DNA from: Elusimicrobiaceae bacterium
Lineage (GTDB): Bacteria > Elusimicrobiota > Elusimicrobia > Elusimicrobiales > Elusimicrobiaceae
Reading direction: 5' to 3'
Assembly (NCBI GenBank): GCA_045225155.1
Contig: JBGVBB010000159.1
Location: 1-59,364, forward strand
Length of the DNA: 59,364 nt
The position numbers and the translations under genes were made by a program. This document shows, piece by piece, positions 1 through 8,782 of the stretch. The notes beneath the pieces are model-generated. The model had not been told where the DNA came from and did not search any database. It worked only from the letters and a program-made list of their open reading frames with translations. Position 1 is the first letter of the stretch, and the number at the start of each line of letters is the position of its first letter.

Positions 1-1
1 G

Positions 2-337
2 TTTGCTAATTTTATGGATTGTATAAGATTAAATGATAACTATTCATTTGAGTACGCAAAATATTGTTTTTATGCACTATATAAGAATGGTATAACAAAT
101 CTGTATTATAACAAAACGACAGGATTACAAAATCTAAACATACAAAAATATTTTAGAGAAGTAAAACTTCCATTTCCTTCTTTAAAAGAACAGGGAGTTA
201 TAGCTGATTTCCTTGATTCTAAATGTGCAGAAATTGATAGTTCAATAGAGGATAAACAGAAACAGATTGAAGTCCTTGAAAGCTATAAGAAATCCTTAAT
301 TTACGAGTATGTAACAGGTAAGAAAGAGGTGGTATAA
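2..337 (+). CDS. hsdS: Type I restriction-modification specificity subunit HsdS, C-terminal fragment (5' end lies outside the window)
   Basis: The frame is open from the window edge. The tail 'LPFPSLKEQGVIADFLDSKCAEID..KQIEVLESYKKSLIYEYVTGKK' is the conserved HsdS C-terminal helical region. It lies directly upstream of hsdR. Confidence 0.8.
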   Translation, partial: FANFMDCIRLNDNYSFEYAKYCFYALYKNGITNLYYNKTTGLQNLNIQKYFREVKLPFPSLKEQGVIADFLDSKCAEIDSSIEDKQKQIEVLESYKKSLIYEYVTGKKEVV

Positions 338-766
338 ATGTTAGAACTTATTAAGATTTTTATAAACTCACAAATATTTGCCGTTATTGTTACAGCAGTG
401 CTTGCATTTTTATCTGCTGTGATTATTGATAGATGTAAGTATGATAGGGATGAAAAGCTTTATCTAAAACGAAAGAGAGAAGTTTTGTATCAAAAAATGT
501 ATGACTTCGCTATGAAATTTGAGAAGGATATAAGGGTAAAAGGGCGAACGGATATGTCAAGGGCTACAAAAGATTTGTGGAATGAAATTCAGATAGAAAG
601 TATATTTGGTAAACACGAAACTATGGAATATTTTTATGACCTGTTTGAGGACTTCCATAAGAACTTTGAAAAATCAGATGATATGTCGGAAATCCATATT
701 GAAAATAATAAGAGAATATTGGAATTTTATAAACACATTAAAGGTGAACTTGGGATAAAGGATTAA
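338..766 (+). CDS. Hypothetical membrane-anchored protein (142 aa) embedded between hsdS and hsdR
   Basis: The ATG directly abuts the hsdS TAA stop (335-337). There is one N-terminal hydrophobic helix (IFAVIVTAVLAFLSAVII) followed by a charged helical domain. I recognise no family. Confidence 0.55.
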   Translation: MLELIKIFINSQIFAVIVTAVLAFLSAVIIDRCKYDRDEKLYLKRKREVLYQKMYDFAMKFEKDIRVKGRTDMSRATKDLWNEIQIESIFGKHETMEYFYDLFEDFHKNFEKSDDMSEIHIENNKRILEFYKHIKGELGIKD

Positions 767-779
767 AGGGTAGATAATT

Positions 780-3740
780 ATGAACAAAATATTATCAGAG
801 AAAGAATACCAAGCATTTATATTGGAATATCTTAGTAAAAATAATGGCTATACCGTTCGAACAGATGGGAATTACGACAGATTAACCAGTATGGACAAAG
901 AGCTGTTCTTTAAGTTCTTGGAAGATACTCAGCCAAAAGAAATGGCTGAGTTAAGAAAAATTTTCAGAGACAGTTTAGAAGATACTCTTATAAACTATAT
1001 CAATAACGAAATGTCGAAGGCAAAAGGTAGTTTATTATATATCTTAAAACATGGTATTGATATATCTAACGTTCATCTGGATTTCATGTATACTAAACCT
1101 GCTACTGGGTTTAATCCGGAATTAACTAAGAAATATGAAAAAAATATATTTTCTGTTGCAGAGGAAATTTGGGCAAGTGATAAAGAAAGAGTGGATATTG
1201 TTATCTTTTTAAACGGCTTTGCAATAATGTCAATTGAGCTTAAGTGTAACTTTGCAGGACAGTCTTATGAGGATGCAATTTATCAATATAGGACACAAAG
1301 AAACCCTAGAACAAGATTATTCAAGTTTAAATGTGGTTGCCTTGTTAATTTTGCAATGGATTTAGAGCAAGTATATATGGCTACAAAGTTGTGCGGTCCT
1401 TCGACTTTGTTCTTACCATTTAACAGGGGTAATGGTGTTGGTGTTGAAGCAGGGGCAGGAAACCCAGCAGAAACGGGCGCTTCGTATATGTGGGAAGAGA
1501 TTTTAAAGAAGGATTCAATTCTTGAGCTTATTAGTAAGTTTATAATTCACGAAACTAAAGAAGAAGAGGATGTCCTTACAGGTAAGAAAAAAACCAAAGA
1601 GAATATTATATTCCCAAGATTTCATCAGAGAGATGTGTTACACAAAATTTTAGATGATGTTTATGAACACCATAGTTCTCAAAATTACTTAATTCAACAT
1701 AGTGCCGGAAGTGGTAAAACTTATTCTATTGCGTGGCTAGCATATAGGTTGTCTTCTTTACACGATGCCAACGATAAAATTATATTTGACAACATAATTA
1801 TTGTTACAGATAGGGTCGTAGTAGATAGACAATTACAGCAAGCAATATTGAACATGGAACATAAATCCGGTTTTATAAAGGTAATGGATGACAAATGTAC
1901 TTCTTCAGATTTGGCCTTTGCGCTTTCTGGTAATACTAAAATTATTGCCACTACAATCCAAAAATTTCAGTATATTGTTGATGAGGTAAATAACCTTAAG
2001 AATAAAAGGTTTGCCGTAATTATAGATGAGGCACATTCTTCTACAGCAGGTAAGAATATGGGAGCTGTTACAAAAGTTTTAGCTTCAGAAGACCAAGAAG
2101 AAAGTTCTACAGAAGATTTTATATGTAGTGAGATAAAGAGGCTTGGTAAGCAAAAAAATATTTCTGTTTTTGCTTTTACTGCTACACCTAAGAATACAAC
2201 ATTGGAATTGTTCGGGAAATTAAATTCTAAAGGACAAAAAGAAGCTTTTCATATTTACTCAATGAAACAGGCCATTGAAGAAGGATTTATTTTAGATGTG
2301 CTTCAAAACTATACAACTTATGATACTTTGTATAAGCTAAATAAAGAAATACAAGAAGACCCTGAATGTAAGACAAACAAAGCTAAGAGACAAATTGCCA
2401 GATTCATTGATTTACATGAAACAAATATAGCTCAAAGAATTGAAGTTATTATAGAGCATTTTAGAACTACTGTTATGAATGAGCTCGATGGAAAAGCTAA
2501 GGCAATGGTAATTACAGCTTCAAGGGAAGGGGCTGTCAAATATAAACAGGCATTTGAAAAGTATATTGAAAAGAAGGGGTATAGTGACATTAAGGCATTG
2601 GTAGCATTTTCCGGAAATGTTAAACTTAAAGACGATAAAAATGAATATTCTGAAGCAGGTATGAATGGTATTTCAGAAGATAAATTGCCCAAAGTGTTTG
2701 ATACGGATGAATATAATGTCCTACTAGTAGCCAATAAATATCAAACAGGTTTTGACCAGCCAAAACTATGTGCAATGTACGTTATGAAAAAGCTGCAAGG
2801 GGTTAATGCCGTACAAACATTATCAAGGTTAAATAGAATCTGCCCTCCATACAATAAAAAGACTTTTGTGTTGGATTTTGTTAATACTTATGAAGATATG
2901 GAAAAAGCGTTTAGTAAATATTATACGGTTACGTTGTTATCTAACTCTATAACCCCATCTTCAATATATGATTTAGAAGCTAAAATTGATGGATATTCTG
3001 TTATCGCCCCCAGAGATATAACCGAAGTTAATGAGTTATTATACAAAGAGAATATTACTGCCAATGATAAAAAACAATTACAATTTATTTTCTCTAGAAC
3101 CAAGAAAGAAGTGGAACAACTTGAGGAGATAACACGAAAAGAATTTATAGCTCATTTAAGGGGATTTGTACGGTTTTATGAGTTCTTACTTCAAGCTACT
3201 TGTTTTGAAGATATTGAGCTTCATAAGAAGTATAATTTCATTACTTACTTGCTAGCATATATAAACATAAGACACGGTGGAGACGGCTTTAACTTGGATG
3301 GCAAAATTAAGGCTATGAATTTTATACAGAAGAAAGTAAAAGAACATGTAAAATCTAGCATTAAATCCAACCCTATAGTTAAATTACCTGTAGCAGACCC
3401 ATTCCATTTAACAGAAGATAAGATTGCTAGATTATCAGAGATAATAGCTGAAATAAATAGTACTGTCGGTAAGAATTATGATAATGATGTCGCTGTCAAA
3501 GCTATGCTTCAAATTAAAGATATCATGATGAAGTCCGATAAACTAAGGACATCTGCAAAAAATAATACTTTAAAGAACTTTCAAATGGCATACTACACTG
3601 ACATAGATGAGGCATTGATTGCCGGATTAGAGCAAAATAGAGATTTCTTCACTCTGCTTTTGAACAATAATAAAATAAAGCAAGAGGTTTTAGGTATATT
3701 TGCAGAAGAAATCTATCATAGCTTGAGAAACGACAAGTAG
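780..3740 (+). CDS. hsdR: Type I restriction enzyme R subunit (HsdR), 986 aa
   Basis: N-terminal PD-(D/E)xK-like nuclease motif 'DIVIFLNG..SIELK'. SF2 helicase motif I 'HSAGSGKT' and DEAH box 'IIDEAHSS'. Size and position are typical of HsdR. Confidence 0.9.
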   Translation: MNKILSEKEYQAFILEYLSKNNGYTVRTDGNYDRLTSMDKELFFKFLEDTQPKEMAELRKIFRDSLEDTLINYINNEMSKAKGSLLYILKHGIDISNVHLDFMYTKPATGFNPELTKKYEKNIFSVAEEIWASDKERVDIVIFLNGFAIMSIELKCNFAGQSYEDAIYQYRTQRNPRTRLFKFKCGCLVNFAMDLEQVYMATKLCGPSTLFLPFNRGNGVGVEAGAGNPAETGASYMWEEILKKDSILELISKFIIHETKEEEDVLTGKKKTKENIIFPRFHQRDVLHKILDDVYEHHSSQNYLIQHSAGSGKTYSIAWLAYRLSSLHDANDKIIFDNIIIVTDRVVVDRQLQQAILNMEHKSGFIKVMDDKCTSSDLAFALSGNTKIIATTIQKFQYIVDEVNNLKNKRFAVIIDEAHSSTAGKNMGAVTKVLASEDQEESSTEDFICSEIKRLGKQKNISVFAFTATPKNTTLELFGKLNSKGQKEAFHIYSMKQAIEEGFILDVLQNYTTYDTLYKLNKEIQEDPECKTNKAKRQIARFIDLHETNIAQRIEVIIEHFRTTVMNELDGKAKAMVITASREGAVKYKQAFEKYIEKKGYSDIKALVAFSGNVKLKDDKNEYSEAGMNGISEDKLPKVFDTDEYNVLLVANKYQTGFDQPKLCAMYVMKKLQGVNAVQTLSRLNRICPPYNKKTFVLDFVNTYEDMEKAFSKYYTVTLLSNSITPSSIYDLEAKIDGYSVIAPRDITEVNELLYKENITANDKKQLQFIFSRTKKEVEQLEEITRKEFIAHLRGFVRFYEFLLQATCFEDIELHKKYNFITYLLAYINIRHGGDGFNLDGKIKAMNFIQKKVKEHVKSSIKSNPIVKLPVADPFHLTEDKIARLSEIIAEINSTVGKNYDNDVAVKAMLQIKDIMMKSDKLRTSAKNNTLKNFQMAYYTDIDEALIAGLEQNRDFFTLLLNNNKIKQEVLGIFAEEIYHSLRNDK

Positions 3741-3790
3741 TCCCAGAAAAAGGATATCGAAAGCATAAAATTTGTTCGCTATAAGTTCGA

Positions 3791-3825
3791 TGCCTCCTAC
3801 GGGAATCGAACCTATGGTCACTGCG
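3791..3825 (-). other. Orphan tRNA 3'-end-like fragment (T-arm plus acceptor 3' strand, no matching 5' half)
   Basis: The minus strand reads ..ATAGGTTCGATTCCCGTAGGAGGCA, a T-loop TTCGATT followed by a 7-nt acceptor strand and a discriminator. No complementary GCCTCCT 5' strand, D-arm or anticodon arm lies upstream. It differs at 6 of 22 positions from the neighbouring tRNA-Arg 3' end. Confidence 0.4.
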
Positions 3826-3837
3826 CCATTTGTATGT

Positions 3838-3911
3838 AATTTGGACACTATACAATTGCTAGTTCGATTTATAGTTAGCGCAGTTGTTTTATACATTATA
3901 GTGTCCAAATT
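3838..3911. repeat. Perfect 15-bp inverted repeat (AATTTGGACACTATA / TATAGTGTCCAAATT) with a 44-nt spacer
   Basis: Read directly from the sequence at 3838-3852 and 3897-3911. It lies between the tRNA fragment and tRNA-Arg. Confidence 0.85.
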
Positions 3912-3978
3912 CTGCCCACTACTTTCATACTTTTGACATTTTTTAATGTTGCGAAAATAGCGTTTCTCGTCGGAGAAC

Positions 3979-4013
3979 AAAAAAAGGAAGCCCCTCTGTT
4001 TAAGAGGGGCTTC
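3979..4013 (-). terminator. Rho-independent terminator downstream of tRNA-Arg
   Basis: An 11-bp stem (3987-3997 pairs with 4003-4013, gaagcccctct/agaggggcttc) is followed on the minus strand by a T7 run (plus-strand A7 at 3979-3985). Confidence 0.8.
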
Positions 4014-4023
4014 TCGTCGAAAG

Positions 4024-4095
4024 TGCGCCTAACAGGAATCGAACTTGTATCCCCAGCTCCGCAGGCTGGTGCTCTATCCATTGAGCTATAGGCGC
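4024..4095 (-). tRNA. tRNA-Arg, anticodon read as GCG
   Basis: The reverse complement folds as a cloverleaf: GCGCCTA/TAGGCGC acceptor, GCTC/GAGC D-stem, CCAGC-CTGCGGA-GCTGG anticodon arm and TTCGATT T-loop. There is one A:C mismatch in the T-stem. CCA is not encoded. Confidence 0.85.
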
Positions 4096-4204
4096 GAAAT
4101 TTTAATATTCAAAATCGCGTAGCCAAAACGGCTAACATATATATTTTATCAAATTTTTTGTATTATTGGAATCTTTGCAAGCGTTACTAAATGAAATGGC
4201 ATAA

Positions 4205-4234
4205 TAAAACCCGCAAAGCAAAAACTTTGCGGGC
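4205..4234 (-). terminator. Rho-independent terminator after the OmpA-family gene
   Basis: Stem cccgcaaag (4210-4218) pairs with ctttgcggg (4225-4233). It is followed by a T-run on the minus strand. Confidence 0.75.
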
Positions 4235-4256
4235 TTTAAAATTAACCAGTCGTTAA

Positions 4257-4901
4257 TTATTTTCTGTTTTGTTCCACTAATTTTTTGTTAGCGGTAATAT
4301 CAAGTTCTACACGGCGGTTTTTAGTGCGGCCGGCTGCTGTACCGTTGTCGGCAACAGGGTTATTCATACCAAAACCTTTGTAAGATAATGAACTTGTTTT
4401 CAAGCCATTGGCTAAGATGAAATCATAAACTGCTTTTGCTCTTTGTTCGGAAAGAGTTTGATTGTAAGCAGCTGTACCGGTTGAATCGGTATAACCTTTT
4501 ACCACGATAATATTTTCAGGATATTTTTTAAGTACGCGGTTTAAGTTGATTAAATTTTGTTTTGCGGCATCAGATAAAACTGCACTGCCTGTTTCAAATA
4601 AAATATCATTTTTCAAAGTAACTGTGATGCCGTTTTCATCTTTTTTGACATCTGCGATGGCGGCAAGTTCTTTGGCTTGCTTGTCGTAATAGTTACCGAT
4701 TAAACCACCGGTTGCAAGACCGGCACCTGCACCGATTAAAGCGCCTTTTTTGGCACTACCGCCGGTTGCTTTAGCAGTTAAAGCACCGATACCGGCACCT
4801 ACTGCGGTTCCGGCTGCTGCACCGATTGCTGTTCTTTTACCCGGGGTTGTGCAGGCAGAGATTAAAGCAATGGCACAAATAAACAAAATACTTTTTTTCA
4901 T
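4257..4901 (-). CDS. OmpA-family lipoprotein (Gly-zipper region plus OmpA C-terminal peptidoglycan-binding domain)
   Basis: Lipobox 'LISAC'. Gly/Ala-rich zipper segment. OmpA_C-like motifs 'GYTDSTG..YNQTLSEQRA' and 'NRRVEL'. Confidence 0.88.
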   Translation of the reverse strand: MKKSILFICAIALISACTTPGKRTAIGAAAGTAVGAGIGALTAKATGGSAKKGALIGAGAGLATGGLIGNYYDKQAKELAAIADVKKDENGITVTLKNDILFETGSAVLSDAAKQNLINLNRVLKKYPENIIVVKGYTDSTGTAAYNQTLSEQRAKAVYDFILANGLKTSSLSYKGFGMNNPVADNGTAAGRTKNRRVELDITANKKLVEQNRK

Positions 4902-4935
4902 TGTCCTCTCCTTTATTTAAGGTACTTTTATTTTA

Positions 4936-5718
4936 TCATTTTACAAAACATAGTGCAAAAATGAGTAACGCAAGGGCTATTCGGTATATTACAAAAACAT
5001 TAAAGTTGTGGTTTGTAAGGAAGCGCATCAAAAATTTAATAGTCAGCCAACCGACAATCAAGGCCGTCATAAAACCTAAAATTACGGGGCCGGTAATGTC
5101 ATTTAATGCCAAGTCCTTAAGTTTCAAAACCGCCGCGCCTGCAATTACAGGAATAGAAAGCAAAAACGAAATGCGCGCGCTTGCAACCCTAGTTAAACCC
5201 AAAAACAAAGCCGCACTTATCGTTATGCCCGAGCGCGAAACACCCGGAATTATCGCCAAAGCTTGCGCGCAACCGATTAACAACATTACAAGCCAAGTCG
5301 GGTTTTGGTCTTTTTGATGTGTTTTATTATAATGGTCCGCATACCAAAGGACCAAAGCAAAAATTGATAAAGTTGACGCAATTAAAAGTGGGTTTCTAAA
5401 AGTATTTTCCGCCGCATCTTCCAAAAAATAACCGGCAAGTGCCGCCGGAATCGTAGCAAGGCCGATAAACCAAAACAGGCGGCCGTCTTCACTTTTCGGG
5501 GCAGTTAAACCTTGTTTAACTAAAACAATCAAGTCTTTATAAAAATAGGAAACAACCGCAATCAAAGTTGCAAGGTGCAAAAGGACATCAAAGGTTAACC
5601 CCTGGTAAACTTGACCGGAAAAGAAAGGCCACAAGGCAAGATGTGCCGAACTTGAAATCGGCAAAAATTCACCAAGCGCTTGTATTAAGCCGAGTAAAAA
5701 TGCGGTTGTATATGTCAT
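4936..5718 (-). CDS. uppP: Undecaprenyl-diphosphate phosphatase (UppP/BacA)
   Basis: The polytopic product starts 'MTYTTAFLLGLIQALGEFLPISSSAHL', the UppP signature. I place the start at the ATG at 5716-5718. The longer ORF to 5967 would overlap addB and adds non-homologous residues. Confidence 0.88.
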   Translation of the reverse strand: MTYTTAFLLGLIQALGEFLPISSSAHLALWPFFSGQVYQGLTFDVLLHLATLIAVVSYFYKDLIVLVKQGLTAPKSEDGRLFWFIGLATIPAALAGYFLEDAAENTFRNPLLIASTLSIFALVLWYADHYNKTHQKDQNPTWLVMLLIGCAQALAIIPGVSRSGITISAALFLGLTRVASARISFLLSIPVIAGAAVLKLKDLALNDITGPVILGFMTALIVGWLTIKFLMRFLTNHNFNVFVIYRIALALLIFALCFVK

Positions 5719-5746
5719 AGTACTTAATATATTATATAATTTATCA

Positions 5747-8700
5747 ATGCATTTATTTACCGGTTCGCCTTTAGCCCTAAAAAAGCAATTTTTGGAAACT
5801 ATCAAGCAGTTGAAACAAAATCCGCTTGAGAGGGTGCTTGTCGTCATCCCATCCAAACATTTAGAGGCACGTTTAAAAGCGGAACTTTGCGAAAAATTAT
5901 TTTGCTTGGCCGGTGTAAATTTTATGCCTTTGAGCGCTTTGGCCGGGGAGATTAACCGCACCGCCAAAACCCCTCCGCCACCGCTTGCGGAAGATACGCC
6001 TTTAATTGATTTTAAAATAAAAAATCTTTTAAAAGAAAGCGGTTTTAATGCTAACAGGGGTTTGGCAATTTGTTTTAAAAATTCCTTCCGCGATTTAATT
6101 AATGCCGAAGTAACCCCTGAGGCCCTTGCTTTAATTAAGGAAGACGAAGATTTAATTTTAGATGAGCAAAAAAATTATCTAAACACATTTATTCCGCTTT
6201 ATTCAAAATTTTTGGAGATTCAAAAAGAACCCGGCAAAAGTACTTACAGAGATTATTTTATTTTTGCACGGGGAAATGCGGTAAATAACCCTTTTTTAAA
6301 TTCTTTTAAAAGCATAATTTTTTACGGGTTTTATGATTTAACTTCCTTGCATTTTGAACTGATAAAAGCCGTAATTAATAGTTACGCGGACATTACACAA
6401 GTTTATTTGCCTTATGAAAAGCAATCTGCTTATACTTTTGTTGAGCCTGTTTTTAATACATTATTTTTACCGCTTTGCAAACAACATACCAAATTGGAAA
6501 GTGAGAATAATTTAATAAAAACTGCGGCGGAAAATATTTTTACGCCGGACCAAAAACGCACTTATGATGCAAATATAGAAATAATAAAAGTTTCCGGTGA
6601 AGGCGAAGTTCAGGCAGCGGCAAAAGAAATATTAAAATTGCGTAAATCCGGTTTGGCTTATAAAGATATTGCGCTTACTTTCCGCGGTGAGGGCGGTTTT
6701 AATACAAAAATTTTGGAAGTATTTAAACAAAATGAAATACCGCTGAATTACAATTTTTCTTTCCCGCTTTTGCAAAAACCTTTTGCCGCTTTTGTTTATA
6801 ATTTATTTAATTTGGAAAGCACAAATTTTGCACGGGAAGAAGTTTTGGCCGTCATAAATTCCCCGTTTTTTGCTCTTAAACAAAATGAGTGGGCAGATAT
6901 GGTGCAACAAAGCGGTGTGGAGTGTTCCATCACGCAATTTGAGGAAATGCTTGAAGCAGATGTGCCTAATCAAAAACAAATATTTATTGATACTTTAAAA
7001 GAAATAAAGGCATATCTTACCGCTTTAAAACAACCGGGATCTTTTGCAAATCTTGCTAAAAAAGCAAAAGATTTTCTTTTAAAATATACTTCCGCGGATG
7101 CACAAACTAAGCAAGCGGAAATGCTTGCAAAAATTACAGATATTTTAGAAGTGATTTCCACTTATTCCAAAACGGGTATTGATGCAAAAAACGGGGAGTT
7201 TTTGGAGGAATTTTTCTCTTTATTAAAAGAGGCAACATTTAATAAAGTGAGTTCTGCCCCCAATGCGGTTGAGGCCGCAGATATCATGACTTTGCGCTTG
7301 CAAGATTTCAAGGCAGTTATTATTTTGGGGTTAAATGAGGGCGTTTTGCCTTTAGTTCCAAAGCAAGACCCTGCATTAAAAGAAGTTTACCGCCAAAGTT
7401 TACGCAAACCTTTGCGGCGTGCTTTGCAAAATATCGGCTATCTTATACATACCACGCAAAACAGATATTTTGAGGAAAACTTTTTGTTTTATCTTGCACT
7501 TTCCGCCGCCCAACAAAAGGCTGTTTTAACTTATAAAACGAGTGATTTGGAAGGTAAAACTTTAGTTAAATCTGTTTTTATAACTATGCTTTTAAATGTG
7601 CTCGGTAAAACTGAGGATGATTTAAAAAGTTTCAGCCGCCGTCCGCTTGAGCGTTTAAAAAATGATATTAACCAGGAATTACTTACAAAAGAAGAAGCCG
7701 CATCTTTAATTGCTTTAATTAAACCGAGTTCTAAAGAAGTTCTTGGTAATTTACTGAGTACCGAGCAAGAAAAAGATTTATTTGAAAAACTTTATTTTGA
7801 TTTAAGGGCATTGGCATCACAAAATTCTTTAACTGATTTTGACGGTCTGATTAATGAAAGTGCCGGTAAAATTTACCCTTCATACTTTTCCCCTACTGCT
7901 TTAGGAACTTTATTTGCATGCCCGGCAAAATATTTATTTTCCCGTATTGCGGGGAGGGAAAAAGATATTTTCTCCCGTTCTGAAATTGCTTCCGATAAAA
8001 AGGGTTCTTTATACCATGATATTTTAAAAGATTTTTACAGTTTAATTAAAAGTAAAAGAAATTTTTTAACTATTACTTGGCCGGAAACTGAAAATTTATT
8101 TAATGATTTTTTTGATAATAGATTTTCAAAATCTTCTGTTGAAAAGTACGGTTTATATCCGTTGCTTTGGGAAGTTATAAAAGGGAAAATCAAGGAAAAT
8201 TTACTTAACTTTATTAAAAAAGATTTGGAAAATATTCAAAAAAGAGGTTTCGTTCCAAACAACTTTGAGTATTCTGTAAAAAGCACTTTGACCGTAAACA
8301 ATACGAACCTTACTTTGCAAGCAATAGCAGACAGAATTGATAAATCCCAAGACGGCAAAGAAAGTGTTGTTATTGATTATAAAAGCAAATATAACAGCGC
8401 AAGTATGGAAAGGTTAATTTTTGTTAAAAGCAGTTTGCAACCGCCGATATATTTGGAAGTTTTAAATAAAGGTGATAATATTTGTTCTTCTGCGGAACTT
8501 GCGTTTATAGAACATGAAGTCAAAAACCCGTTTAAAGCGTTAACCATAGATCAATATAATCTGATGAAAAGTAAATTTACGGCTTTGCTTGCTTTGCTTA
8601 AAGATTTGGCTGATAAAGGCATCTTCCCGATATATCCGGAAGGTGAAGACCATTGCAGTTTTTGCGATTTTAAAGATATTTGCCGTAAAAACCATTTACC

Positions 8701-8782
8701 GACTGCAAAACGCGCCAAGAAAAGCGATTATTTTAAAGAATTGAGGAAATTTCATTATGTCCCTTCAAGATCTAAAAGATAG
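5747..8782 (+). CDS. addB: AddB-type helicase-nuclease subunit (PD-(D/E)XK nuclease with C-terminal Cys cluster)
   Basis: 1011 aa. C-terminal RecB-family nuclease motif 'ADRID....VIDYKSK', plus 'QPPIYL' and Cys cluster 'CSFCDFKDIC'. Overlaps and precedes addA. Confidence 0.8.
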   Translation: MHLFTGSPLALKKQFLETIKQLKQNPLERVLVVIPSKHLEARLKAELCEKLFCLAGVNFMPLSALAGEINRTAKTPPPPLAEDTPLIDFKIKNLLKESGFNANRGLAICFKNSFRDLINAEVTPEALALIKEDEDLILDEQKNYLNTFIPLYSKFLEIQKEPGKSTYRDYFIFARGNAVNNPFLNSFKSIIFYGFYDLTSLHFELIKAVINSYADITQVYLPYEKQSAYTFVEPVFNTLFLPLCKQHTKLESENNLIKTAAENIFTPDQKRTYDANIEIIKVSGEGEVQAAAKEILKLRKSGLAYKDIALTFRGEGGFNTKILEVFKQNEIPLNYNFSFPLLQKPFAAFVYNLFNLESTNFAREEVLAVINSPFFALKQNEWADMVQQSGVECSITQFEEMLEADVPNQKQIFIDTLKEIKAYLTALKQPGSFANLAKKAKDFLLKYTSADAQTKQAEMLAKITDILEVISTYSKTGIDAKNGEFLEEFFSLLKEATFNKVSSAPNAVEAADIMTLRLQDFKAVIILGLNEGVLPLVPKQDPALKEVYRQSLRKPLRRALQNIGYLIHTTQNRYFEENFLFYLALSAAQQKAVLTYKTSDLEGKTLVKSVFITMLLNVLGKTEDDLKSFSRRPLERLKNDINQELLTKEEAASLIALIKPSSKEVLGNLLSTEQEKDLFEKLYFDLRALASQNSLTDFDGLINESAGKIYPSYFSPTALGTLFACPAKYLFSRIAGREKDIFSRSEIASDKKGSLYHDILKDFYSLIKSKRNFLTITWPETENLFNDFFDNRFSKSSVEKYGLYPLLWEVIKGKIKENLLNFIKKDLENIQKRGFVPNNFEYSVKSTLTVNNTNLTLQAIADRIDKSQDGKESVVIDYKSKYNSASMERLIFVKSSLQPPIYLEVLNKGDNICSSAELAFIEHEVKNPFKALTIDQYNLMKSKFTALLALLKDLADKGIFPIYPEGEDHCSFCDFKDICRKNHLPTAKRAKKSDYFKELRKFHYVPSRSKR

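Noticed and set aside
1-3740. Calling the R-M block a mobile element.
   Set aside because: No integrase, transposase or terminal repeats of an element are visible in the window. Only circumstantial evidence exists (low GC and a tRNA fragment), so it is reported as a finding, not a feature.
3649-4081. Three overlapping minus-strand ORFs (68, 96 and 61 aa) in the hsdR/tRNA-Arg interval.
   Set aside because: They run through the tRNA fragment, the inverted repeat, a terminator hairpin and the tRNA-Arg gene itself. No RBS or motifs support them.
4096-4130. Sigma70-type promoter for tRNA-Arg (TTGGCT..TAAAAT on the minus strand).
   Set aside because: The -10 candidate would put the TSS inside the mature tRNA. 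The alternative -10 (TATTAA) lacks a properly spaced -35. I therefore did not report it as a feature.
4901-5317. 138-aa plus-strand ORF.
   Set aside because: It is entirely antisense to the well-supported uppP gene and has low-complexity, basic composition typical of a shadow ORF.
5719-5967. N-terminal 83-aa extension of the uppP ORF (ORF track 4936-5967).
   Set aside because: The extension overlaps addB on the opposite strand and has no UppP homology. The conserved UppP N-terminus begins at the ATG at 5716-5718.
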